Origin: Batkoa obscura
Taxonomy: Eukaryota
Length of the DNA stretch: 64,000 bases
Assembly (NCBI GenBank): GCA_030770535.1
Contig: JASVEC010000021.1
Span: 372,001 to 436,000 of the forward strand
Direction of reading: 5' to 3'
The notes under the pieces: model-generated
Seen by the model: the letters and a program-made list of their open reading frames with translations, nothing else
Told to the model about the DNA's origin: nothing
Database searches by the model: none
Position numbers and translations under genes: made by a program
In this document: in pieces, positions 11,520 to 22,284 of the stretch
How positions within the stretch are numbered: position 1 is the stretch's first letter
How the letters are laid out: each line of letters starts with the position of its first letter

Positions 11520-12947
11520 CTACGTAGTTTTAGTATTTGTACCCCGAGTTTGTTCACCAGGGCTAGTAATATCATCATCAAAACCAGGCAGCATTGTGTC
11601 TGTATTTAATGTGAAATTAGCTTCTTTTAGCTCACCTGGTGTAGCTGGAATCCATACATTCCCTTGTAGTAAATTTGGTGGATTTAGATTCCCTAAGCCA
11701 CTGCTATCACCTGATAAGCTATTTCTATTTCTTGATTTTGATTTTTGTTTTAAAATAAACCATATTAAAGTTATAATAGTTAACAACCCTAGCACTCCAC
11801 CAATAGATCCACCTATTACAGTAGGTAAACTTGAGCTTTTACTACCAGTATCCTTTAACTTAGCCGGCAAAGATCTTACAACCTTCCAATGATCATCTTT
11901 TATATCTATTATTTGCGTTTTTGATAGGATATTGCCGGTATGGAAACCAAATGAATAAATCAAATGATCATTATAATATGTAAGGCAACCCAAATAAGCA
12001 TTGAAAAAATTACTCACTTGATATTCTTTGTAGATTAATTCCTTTGGGTTTTTCAGCTCTAATACATAAATAGAAGGTGACGGAAAAGAATCAAATTTAG
12101 AAGTGAGACTGCCTCCTGCAATAATCATCTTACTTTTGAGTAATATAGAAGAATGTCCAAAACGCGACTCAGGTATGTCTCCTTTCGCAGTTACAGTACT
12201 CCAAGCATTAGAAGGATAATCATATACAAATATCTGACTCATTGGTCTTGGTTTAGCAGTATATGGATTATTACCGCCAACAATATATAACCTATTTTCA
12301 TATACAGCTGCAGCATGATCAGAAACATAATCTGGTCCATCATTCAACTTTTTCCATTTCCCATCCGCCCCATTTATTATTGATAAATCTTTTCTGCCAT
12401 CTACCCGTGTCATATTTGGATAAAGGGTAACTCCGCCATAGTGGAAGTAGAAATTGTTGCTAAAACTAGCTTGAGTCAAAGAGGATAAGTAGTAAGAATA
12501 CTTCATCTCCTTCCCATCTACCATCTTATCAGGTGAAGGAAAAGTATCCACTGCAGTTTGATATAGCTCCCATTTGTTTTTTAATATGTTGTATTTTTTA
12601 AAACTTTCCTTTTTCGGTCTGTTTTTACCACCCACTACAAATAAACTAGCCATTTTTTCATTAACTACTACATTAGAAAAATCGGATATTGGACCTTCGG
12701 CCTTAGATGTTATGTTCCACACTGCACTGTCATTATCATCTAAATTAAACCCGTCCTCAAGGTTTAAAGAATATATGTTTCGATTAAAGTCAAAGTTTTC
12801 ATTTATACTATCTGTATCAGTAATTCCTCCAGCATAATATAATATATCGGCATATATTCCACAGCCTCCCGCATATAATCTTGGTGCTTTTTCAGCAAAA
12901 ACAAAGTAATTGAATAGAATGAATATTAGAGTTGATAAAAAAAACAT
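11520..12947 (-). CDS. Kelch-repeat (beta-propeller) type I membrane protein, intronless
   Basis: Signal peptide; Kelch motifs (LYYAGG, LFVVGG, YFHYGG, DHAAAVYENRLYIVGG, RFGHSSILLKSKMIIAGG); TM VIGGSIGGVLGLLTIITLIWFIL; tail PPNLLQGNVW...TDTMLPGFDDDI. Confidence 0.88.
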   Translation of the reverse strand: MFFLSTLIFILFNYFVFAEKAPRLYAGGCGIYADILYYAGGITDTDSINENFDFNRNIYSLNLEDGFNLDDNDSAVWNITSKAEGPISDFSNVVVNEKMASLFVVGGKNRPKKESFKKYNILKNKWELYQTAVDTFPSPDKMVDGKEMKYSYYLSSLTQASFSNNFYFHYGGVTLYPNMTRVDGRKDLSIINGADGKWKKLNDGPDYVSDHAAAVYENRLYIVGGNNPYTAKPRPMSQIFVYDYPSNAWSTVTAKGDIPESRFGHSSILLKSKMIIAGGSLTSKFDSFPSPSIYVLELKNPKELIYKEYQVSNFFNAYLGCLTYYNDHLIYSFGFHTGNILSKTQIIDIKDDHWKVVRSLPAKLKDTGSKSSSLPTVIGGSIGGVLGLLTIITLIWFILKQKSKSRNRNSLSGDSSGLGNLNPPNLLQGNVWIPATPGELKEANFTLNTDTMLPGFDDDITSPGEQTRGTNTKTT

Positions 12948-13829
12948 TATTTATTAAAGAAGAAAGATCGAAAGCTTTTCATTTTATTTTTTTATAAGTT
13001 TTTATAAAATTAGGTGTTTAGTTACCATTATCTCTTAAATTTTCTGTCCAACTTTCTTATTTGATCTTTATTTAGTTACTGCCTAATTTTCAATATAAAA
13101 TATTAATGAAGTGCTATTTTTTTAATTATGCTTGACAATTTTTTTATATTTAATTTGATATTATGAAAAGTGACAGCTTAGATATATATACTATATAACG
13201 TTTTAGGTTTCAATTTTTATCATTAGGTTAACTTTTATTTAAAACACTTTATGAAAACAATGTTTTATTGCAATAGTATGTATTTTCAATTTTACCCTTA
13301 AAATTTTGATGTAAAATTACTCTAATAGCGGATTAATATAAGGTTTATTCATAAATCAAATAGGAATTATAGAGATTAAAAAATATTCCGATAATTTCAA
13401 GAATATAAGTTCATAGTGACTATCATTCTCTTTGATATACTTGGTTGTATCTTGATCGATAAACGTTTATAATCACAAGGAAGCTCTTATTAAGTATTAT
13501 TCGATTCACTCTAACAAAGTTACTTGAAAAAGTATTATTAGCTTATATTTAATATTGGCTTTCTTTTATTATAAAGACTTATTCGAAAGACAATAAATAG
13601 AGAACATTCTGTTTATCATTAAACATAGGTTTATCTTTGGGTTAAAAATAATAACTCAAACAAATTTTATTTTTGTTATTATCATCTTTATTCCTATCCA
13701 TAACACTACACTAATATTGATACTAAATTTATACCAACTCCAATGTAATTTCAATATTAGTTACATAATTCTACTCGTAATATAACTTTTATACTAAAGT
13801 TAGCGCCAGTATTAATGTTAAGGTTATCA

Positions 13830-13933
13830 TATGTGGATATATTTTTTGTTTAAGAATTTTACTAATAGTCTTTCCACTTAAACAGCACTTAAAAAATGGA
13901 AAAAGTAATGAAACTAAAAAATATTCCCGTATA
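13830..13933 (+). mobile_element. MITE family A copy
   Basis: TATGTGGATATATTTTTTGTTTAAGAATTTTACTAATAG...ATATTCCCGTA. Confidence 0.83.
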
Positions 13934-14550
13934 CTAATAAACTCTTATATAGCTTAAGAATTATAATATAAAGCTATTTTCCATAACAGAGGAATATGTA
14001 TTGAAGATTTGCTTTAATAGTATTAAAGGTGTAATTAAAAAATCCTTCATTAATAGTTTTTAAATATTATCTTATTAATTTTTCTTATACCCAAGGATAA
14101 TAAAATTACAATAAATAAAATTACTTTTTTGAGTTTTTCTAAAATGTTTAAACGTAACAGTTGTAGATATTTTTAAATATTGATTTATTTAAATGCATAC
14201 AACATACTGATGAAAAACATTCATAAATTATTATAATTTTAAAATATTATTGAAAACGGTTTGAAAATGTGTCTGCTTTTTAGACTAAAGTTGGCTTTCT
14301 ATCGTTGTTTAAAATGAAAAGTAATTTAAAAACGAAACAGTACTTTATAAGTATTTGTTTATATTTAGATATTCTAAAATCTCTTTATTTTCTTAGACAG
14401 ATCTAAAGATAATGATACAAAATTACAGTAATATACTATTATTTTGAAGTCTTATTTTAGATATTAAGAATATTTACTGTTGTAACCAATAAGACCTAGA
14501 GTTTTTTTTAGTAAAGTAAAACCTTTTTGAAAAATTTAATAGGACTTCAT

Positions 14551-14625
14551 GGTGTTCCCAACTCAAAATGGTGTTGTTTAGCCTGGGTTTACAACTAAAC
14601 AGTACCATTTTGAGTTGGAAACACT
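14551..14625. repeat. 75-nt fold-back hairpin (31-bp stem)
   Basis: GGTGTTCCCAACTCAAAATGGTGTTGTTTAG pairs with CTAAACAGTACCATTTTGAGTTGGAAACACT (4 transition mismatches). Confidence 0.85.
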
Positions 14626-14626
14626 A

Positions 14627-14731
14627 TATGGGGATGTTCTTTTTGATTTTATCACCTTTTCCATTTTTTAAACGCTATTTGAGCGGAGAATTTGTTAATA
14701 AAATTCTTAAACATAAAAATACATCCTCATA
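14627..14731 (-). mobile_element. MITE family A copy
   Basis: TATGGGGATGTTCTTTTTG...AAAATACATCCTCATA. Confidence 0.9.
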
Positions 14732-15335
14732 TACACTATGGTATTTAAATCATTTTCTTTAATTCCAAGTTTTATTCTAATAAAGGCTTAGCTTTAAACG
14801 ATATGGCTAAATCATGAGAATAATTATAAATCATTTTTGGGTAAAATTTTAATTAACACACTCCAAAAAACTGCTAATAAATTAATACTTATAAGATATT
14901 TTTTACAATAATCAAATCATTTTATTTATAAATGATACTTTATAGTTGTGATAATATTACTTTAATAAATACCGCTATAGAATATAGCTTGGCTAGAATT
15001 ATCAAGTGTCATTTCTATTTAGAATCTTTAGCCTTTTTTCTATATAAGTTCTGTCTTTATTGTGTAGCATAGCCATATTTTAAATTTTAGTAAAATTAGC
15101 TATGATTAGGCTTTTGAGTACGACTTTACTCAAATGGACCGCATATGAAATTCTTCAAATCACAATGAGAATGATATAATTGGTTATACTTAAAGGAAAT
15201 TCGAGGTTTCATACTATAATTGGGTACTACCAATCAATAAGAATTCTATTATCCCTAGACAAGCTTTAATTTCTATTAAATTTATGATTTTCATTATTCT
15301 TACTTACTGTTGCTTTGATATTTTTATTTCAAAAG

Positions 15336-16627
15336 ATGGGTGCCGAAACAGATATTCCCCTTAGTGACCTATATGCTTTAAATTTAGTCAGTCTAATAGC
15401 CGCTTCATCAGTCTTAGCATTGTTTGTGATAGCAAGTAGGTCTATTAAAATATAAAACATCATTAACTCAATCTATTAGGAATACTTAAGCCCAACCTTG
15501 TTAAAAGAGTTACGCTTAGACTTCAAACTGGATCTGCAGCTACTGATTTCATATTGCACATTATAAATATATATGATGATGACAGTGCACAATGTACTAC
15601 CCTAGGATTCTTTCGGTATTTTACTAGATTAGCTTACTGTTTTATAAACATTTCCATCGCAATCAACTTACAATTGATATTCATTCACGAAAAAGAGCCT
15701 AACAATAGCTGGGAAATAATATATTGGTCAGCTTCCTTATTTTTAGCCATAGTCTTGAATATACCACAAATTTGTAATTTAATTCAAATAATTGCTATCA
15801 TTACTAATTTTATTAGTCCTTGGTTATTATGTTCAAGATAAGGGGAATTGTGTTCTAAGATCCAGTACACCAGATGAAAAAGCATTTGGGATTATCAACT
15901 CTTCTATCATGATTGCAACATTTTTATATTGTTTAGTCGTATCTATATTTGTTTTATTTCGTTTGAGGAAAGATTGGACATCTTTAGTAAAATCAACATT
16001 CAATCAAATGAATCAGTCCAGAAAGAGGATGAGATGGCTACAAAGAGAGCTGAAGGGACTTGCTTTAAGAGTGTAATATTTTTTTACTATCATTTTGTTA
16101 TATATTAAATATAATATAGTGTATTATACCCCATCGTGACTTTTGTAGTTCTTTCTGGATTTTCGATATATCAAATCTCCTTCGCATTTGTAGATTCTAA
16201 GACATTATTAAGCAACTGGTCCAACATTGGTCAAAGTAAGACTATAATATTATTTATATAACATATTAATACAAATTTAAGATTTATCTGGACTATTAGA
16301 CTTCTTAGCTATATGTTTCGACCCGTCTCTTCAATTCTGCTATAAAACCATTTTTAAAGAACTGTACCAAAAGATACAATCCAGGTCCAAGTCTACTGGT
16401 AAGTTATACTTTTTAAATGATTTCTTTCATTTCTTATCTTTAATTCAGTGATTCCCCATACTATTGAAGTTGAAGAACCCAATCCTTCACAGCAGATTGT
16501 AGATCCAGAAGTTAACTACTTTTCAGATTGTGAATATACTATGCATTCTGAGTCATCTTCAGATGGCAGCTATCAATGTATAATGTTTGATGACGATCAA
16601 TGTCGGCAAGCTGTTAACCTATTTTAA
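15336..16627 (+). CDS. GPCR-like seven-transmembrane protein (cAMP-receptor/Git3-like), ~5 exons
   Basis: Spliced ORF with ~7 hydrophobic helices: RVTLRLQ..AATD, CTTLGFF..LAYCFINISIAINLQLIF, EIIYW, LALRV|LYPIV, SGLLDFLAICFDP; acidic C-tail ending TAA 16625-16627. Confidence 0.7.
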
Positions 16628-17719
16628 ATCAGAGTGATTTTTCAAAAAACTAAATACGATTTACGAGGAAGAGCTACAAGATTTAAACTTGTCAAGCCAA
16701 AATTTGTGCTTTTAAAAGATACATTTAAAAGTGAAGTGTATTTTTAGAGTTTTGCTTTTTAAAATAAAATAATTAATTTGTTATGTTTTTATAAAAGTCG
16801 ATTATTTTTAAGTCATATTACCCAAATCTTTCGTTTCATTCATAAACTACACATTTGCTATGAAAATGTTTTTGGCTTCTATTATGATAAATTATTTTAA
16901 AATGTACTACAAATTTGAAGGTAGTTTAATTAAATATCAAGTTCCTAATTTTTGACAAAAGTCATTTACTAAACATAAGTTGCGTATGTACATTATTTTG
17001 ACGTTAGTGTTTTAAACATATTTTAATTTATTTTAATTTTAATATTTTATAATTATAAAACGCTAAACTTCAAAAATGAACTTATAAAACCTATTATTAA
17101 ATAATTATAAAATTTTAATAATGTCATAAAGTATACTTGATGTACCATTCAATAATTAAAGGGAAATTAGCATTTTTAGTCATATAATATCCTTTAACAA
17201 GTTTAATTAAAATATTAAAGAATAAACTTGATTAATATTATTCCAAGTTATTTCTTACGACTTTTAGACTCGTTTTTTACCTATAAATAGCTGCTTACAA
17301 GGACAATAGAAATTCAAAAGGTTCTCGGAATTTAATAGACGGGTTAAGCCCTTTTTATCCAGCAAATAAGAGACTAATATTAGTGTTTTTCTTAAGTTTA
17401 TAATCATTGAATTTAATATTTAAATAATACTAATAGTAGGAACAAAATTGATTGGATAATTTAAAAATAGAAAAATTTAATTAAATTTAAATAATACGTA
17501 GCTTTTAAGCTAAATATCAAATATTAATAAAAAATTATATCTAACATAAATCATTTTTAACAAAATACCCACGCTTCTACCCAGCTGATTCTTATCTCTT
17601 TTAATATGAAACAAGCTTTCTAAAAACTGATTTATTTAAAAAACTATAACTTAAAAATTGAGTGCTCTATAAACCGAAAATATCTCAATGAGCAATTCTA
17701 TGAAAATATCATTTGCAAG

Positions 17720-17795
17720 TGTTTTTTCGATTTTAAGCGCTATTTGAGTGGAAAATTTGTTAGTAAAATTCTTAAACACAAAAATACAGCCCCAT
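17720..17795 (-). mobile_element. MITE family A partial copy
   Basis: TTAAGCGCTATTTGAGTGGAAAATTTGTTAGTAAAATTCTTAAACACAAAAATACAGCCCCAT. Confidence 0.85.
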
Positions 17796-18022
17796 TTTGT
17801 TCTTAACTATAAAGAATTATTAGACTTAAAATCTGAACAAGCTATTGGTGATACTAATAATAGTAATTGTATTGCTATTATTAATAAATGCTTATTTTTT
17901 ATTAAGTAACTCTATTTAAAAGTCAATCTTTCCTTTAAAAAAAATACAAGAAAAGATCTAAAAGTTTTTGAAAGCGGTAGTTTTGATCAATAAAATAGAA
18001 TTATTCTTCGAATAAACTAATA

Positions 18023-18230
18023 TATGGGGATGTATTTTTGTGTTTAAGAATTTTACTAATAATCTTTCCACTCAAATAGCGCTTAAAAAATCGAAAAAAT
18101 AATGAAGTCAAAAAAACATTCCCCATATGGTGATATTTTTTTTGACTTCATTATTTTTTCGATTTTTTAAGCGCTATTTGAGTGGAAAGATTATTAGTAA
18201 AATTCTTAAACACAAAAATACATCCCCATA
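18023..18230. mobile_element. Inverted MITE family A dimer forming a ~208-bp palindrome
   Basis: Two copies joined at CCCCATATGG; arms are exact reverse complements over ~92 nt. Confidence 0.92.
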
Positions 18231-18342
18231 TAAAAATAGTTATCAAATTGTCTACAAAGCTTTATAACAACCGAATTACTTATTTCCAGGCTATAACTAT
18301 TATTGATGAAACTTTGAATAACGTTTTAATCATAAAGATATA

Positions 18343-18446
18343 TATAGTGGTATTTTTTTGGGTTCATAAGTTTTTCCATTTTTTAAGTACTATTTGAAGG
18401 GAAAGGTTATAAGTAAAATTCTTAAACAAAAAGATACATCTCCATA
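18343..18446 (-). mobile_element. MITE family A copy (degenerate)
   Basis: TAGTGGTATTTTTTTG...AAATTCTTAAACAAAAAGATACATCTCCATA. Confidence 0.82.
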
Positions 18447-18555
18447 TTATTATATTGTACATAAATTAGTGTAAAAGAAACACACAAGCTAAAAGCTTTA
18501 ACATTTTATATTACATTATTATTTTTATTTCAAAGTTTATTTTGAAAATATATAT

Positions 18556-19103
18556 TATGGGGATGTTTTTTTTCATTTCATTACTTTTTCCATCTTTCAA
18601 GTGCTATTTGAATGGAAAGGTTGTGTGAAATATCGCTTTGTCAGTCCCATGGTTAATTATAGCATAACAATCGCCTAAGCTGTTGTGTTCTCGAGTTCAG
18701 AGAAAATCACTCCCACGTTCTTAGTTTGATTTGCTATGAGAATTTCTAGCTCCATCCCAAAGAATATTATCTTTTCATTTTGATATTTATACTTTTCAGA
18801 GTATAGTAGTTTGAGGCTTTTTAACTGAATTATTCCCTGATATCTCGAACATTTAATAAAGCCACTAAGTTTTCTTAATAGTATTTTACATAGGTTTTAC
18901 ATTAGTATTGTCTATTCTATTTGTCTTATATAGCTTGTAACCTATTGCGTGCTATTATTCATAATCCAAGTCTATCTTAGTCACATAAACTAAGACCTTT
19001 CGACTTATAGTGTAGTTAACCCAGCAATAGCTGTTCTTGACTCCAAACCCTGAGTACCAGATTTCACAGTTGTTAGTAAAATTCTTAAATACAAAATACA
19101 CAT
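18556..19103 (-). mobile_element. MITE family A copy split by a nested insertion (halves 18556-18623 and 19069-~19103)
   Basis: Left half ends GGAAAGGTTG and right half resumes GTTGTTAGTAAAATTCTTAAA; rejoining them restores the consensus. Confidence 0.85.
18624..19068. mobile_element. 445-bp solo-LTR-like element
   Basis: Termini TGTGAAAT...ATTTCACA (8-bp inverted repeat, TG..CA); GTTG duplicated at 18620-18623 and 19069-19072; internal AATAAA near 18855; no ORF. Confidence 0.8.
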
Positions 19104-19384
19104 GGGGATGTATTTTCCTTTATATTTCAATGAATAATGATTTAATTAATTCGAAATCTAGTATAAACAAAAATAATATTTTATATAATTTATTCAAATG
19201 AAGTATTTTTATTCTGCTTTTAAATGTTTTAACTTAATGCTTTAACTTTTTGATTTCACTCATAATAAGCTATGTATAATTTTAATGTGTTTCAGTAAAA
19301 GCTATAACCCGCATTACATTGCTTGGGTAGTCTCTCCTTTAATATAAAAAAGATTTTCCTGCTAACTATCAGAGTTACTTAATA

Positions 19385-19488
19385 TATGGGGATGTTTTTT
19401 TGTGTTTAAGAATTTTACCAACAGTTTTTGTATTCAAATAGTGCTTAAAAGATGGAAAAAGTGATGAAGTCAAAAAAACACCTCCATA
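19385..19488 (+). mobile_element. MITE family A copy
   Basis: TATGGGGATGTTTTTTTGTGTTTAAGAATTTTACC...AAAACACCTCCATA. Confidence 0.9.
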
Positions 19489-19838
19489 TTTTGTTTAATA
19501 TTAACTTCTCTTTACAATTTTATAAGAGTGTATATTAAAATATTAGATCTTGTAACTGTAAAACAGAGATCAATTGGTTTTATTAGCTGTTTTATTAATG
19601 AAAATAGATAGTATTACTTTTAGTATTTTCTGATATATTATTTGATGATATTAAGTATATTTGAAGTATATAATTTAAGATAATAGTATTATAATAAGTC
19701 GAGAATAGATTAGAATATAATCAATATAGTTAATATAATTACTTGCTTATAGTTCTTGAACTAAAAGTTACTATTAAAAAAATAGAATTTGGATTTAAAG
19801 TAAAATAAAACCAATTTTGGATATGAATGTATTAAAAA

Positions 19839-19930
19839 TATGGAGATACCTTTATCAGTTTAATCTATTTTTCCATTTTTTGAGTGGAAAACTTATTAGA
19901 AGAATCCTAAAATAAAAAATGTTCTTAATT
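19839..19930 (-). mobile_element. MITE family A, highly degenerate or deleted copy
   Basis: TATGGAGATACC...TTTTCCATTTTTTGAGTGGAAAACTTATTAGAAGAATCCTAAAATAAAAAAT. Confidence 0.55.
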
Positions 19931-20258
19931 TAATAAAATCAAATACGTTGATTTTAGTAATCTGTTTGATTGTTTTAAAACTAGATTTAAAATATCGAAT
20001 AATTTTGATATCTTGATGTTTTACAAAATATAGTGGCTGTTTTTGATTTTAAAGGATCACTAGGTGGTTTAGATAGGTTTAAAAAAGCCATGTTTTTATT
20101 TACCTATACTTTATAAAAAAGATTCTTTATTGCTTTATTTGGTCGAATCTTTAGATAAATTTAATAATGTTAAGCCTCAAAGTTAGTATGAAAACTGAAT
20201 TTATTATACCCATAAGACAGTCAAAACTACGATTTCGTTCAGTTTCCAATTTTTCTAC

Positions 20259-20768
20259 TCAAACTAATCATATAAATGGAATAATCCTAAATAATAGTAA
20301 TCTTACCATCTAAAAAGTCTGAAGCCATTAATAATTCAATTGCTAATTCAGGTTCAATTTTAATAGAAGGTACATCATATCCTGGTGATGACTGATACCT
20401 TGCTTTATAGTGTAAATAGTCTACTACTTTTTCTAATATAATACCACTAGAATTCAAAAAATAAATATAACTTCAATATTATCTTCTTATTCATTTACCT
20501 AATATCTCTAAATTCAATCCTATTCGTACTTGCTTCAAGGAAAGAAGCTAGAAGAAATGTCAAAACAAACCATTTTCAATGAAATTATAAATTGTAAAAT
20601 TACCTGGTCCATTTAACATATTTTGAATTGTCTTTGAGCCCATAGCTACTTGCTTATTTAATATAAATTCAAAACCTTCAGAAGATACTAATTTTACATA
20701 TTGATTTTTATCTCCTTTTAAATCCTTAGTTGGGTTTATTATTAAACTTGCTATTATTTACCTTCCAT
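20259..20768 (-). CDS. ELC1: Elongin C (5 exons)
   Basis: Spliced: YVKLVSSEGFEFIL..AMGSKTIQNML, FLEASTNRIEFRDI, ILEKVVDYLHYK, IEPELAIELLMASDFLDV*; absent from the ORF track. Confidence 0.9.
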
Positions 20769-21140
20769 TTTTTTAAAATATTAAAGAATTGATTTTTGTT
20801 TTTTGCTTAGATCAGATCAGAATACTTAAAATAGCAAATAGGCTTGAGTTTTTAACCAATTAAAATGCATTATTTGGATAAATACTCATTTATTATATTA
20901 CTATTATAATTCTAAGTATAACAATACTATATGTTACTATATTTAATAAAAATATTAATAATGTATATAATATATTATAACCTTATTTTAAAGTTTTTAT
21001 ACTATTTATTAAGCTTTTTTTTAAATTTTAAAACTTATTATCAAATTTATTATTTAGATTTTATTGCAATAAATTTAAGAATTTAAACCAATAAAATAAA
21101 TAAACAATGTGTTCAAAAATCAAATTAATTTTTTATTAAA

Positions 21141-21757
21141 ATGCCATCCAATACTCAAAGTAAATAAAAATAATCAACGTAATAAACTTCAAGACTTAAT
21201 CCCGACTTTAGATGTTGAAGGTATTATTGATTCCACTTTAACTAATAATGGTAATAAGGAAAAAGGGCCATTTAACTGTAACCAAGTGAAAAATTATTTA
21301 ACTACAAGTAATATTAATCAAATTTTATTTTGAATTGTTTTGAATTTTCAAAATTTTAGATTGGACCGCTACATTCACTGCAGTATCTGAATCCCATAGA
21401 CCAGCAAATGGTAATTTTTTTTAAATATAAATGAAAGTAATCTTAACATAATAAAAATAAAAATAAAATAGAAAAACCGGTGATTTATAAACCTAAAGTT
21501 ACTGCTTCTGCTTGGGGTACTAAAGATGGTGGAAATAAAGCTTCACCTTGGGGGGTCAAAAAAGGTAAAATAAAACATGCTCTTTTTTAGTCGATTTTTT
21601 TAAATATTAATTATTATTAGGTGCTAAAACTGCTAATGGCTTGGATCTTTTAACTGAATTAAAAAGACCCATCACCCCTAAAGCTCCTAGTCCTCAACCT
21701 ATCCCAACAACCCCATCCAAAAAAACATTGACTACAACTACTAAAAAAAATCATTAA
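21141..21757 (+). CDS. Small hypothetical protein (~130 aa, 5 exons), low complexity with AWG/PWG motifs
   Basis: Four GT-AG introns splice to one frame: MPSNTQNVEG...GPFNCNQVKNYL..W...PVIYKPK..SAWGTK...SPWG..KTANGLDLLTELKR...KKNH*. Confidence 0.7.
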
Positions 21758-21909
21758 TTATTTATGTAAAATAATAATAATTATTACCTTGAAATTATAT
21801 TTTTTTCTCTATTTCTATTTTTTAAATGTTTAATGTGGTTGATTTTTTTTATATTGTGATGACTGTTTTATTATTACTTTCAATAGGTATAAATAATATT
21901 ATATTGTCG

Positions 21910-21993
21910 TAATCTTAATAATCTACTTTAGTAGATTTAAGATTCCATAATCTTAATAATCTACTTTAGTAGATTTAAGATTCCATAATCTTA
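21910..21993. repeat. 38-bp perfect tandem duplication (2.2 units)
   Basis: TAATCTTAATAATCTACTTTAGTAGATTTAAGATTCCA twice, plus TAATCTTA. Confidence 0.92.
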
Positions 21994-22284
21994 TATTTTG
22001 AAGCATTTAAATAAATATTAAATGGTGAATTAATGTTATAACTCATATTCTCCTATTAGTTTTTAATACCAATTACTATACTTTAAGAACTTCTTTATAG
22101 ATATAAGTTAATTTAAGTATAATAGGAAAGGTTAAATATCGATATTAACTCTAACGAAAAGAGCTTATATACATTCAATTTTTGGTTTCACATTCGCTTT
22201 TTATTCTTTGGGTGGTTTTTTTCGAATAAAATACCCAAAATAATCAAGTTTTAGTAATTACTTTTTTAACAAGAATCAAGCAAT

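Noticed and set aside
11596..12837. Plus-strand ORFs 11596-11892 and 12574-12837 (similarly 43785-44003, 48264-48506, 51420-52072, 60777-61070, 63072-63320)
   Set aside because: Antisense or off-frame overlaps of well-supported genes.
17720..19488. Clustered repeats that could suggest a CRISPR-like array
   Set aside because: Units are ~105 bp, irregularly spaced, in both orientations and bounded by TIRs; the context is eukaryotic and there are no cas genes.
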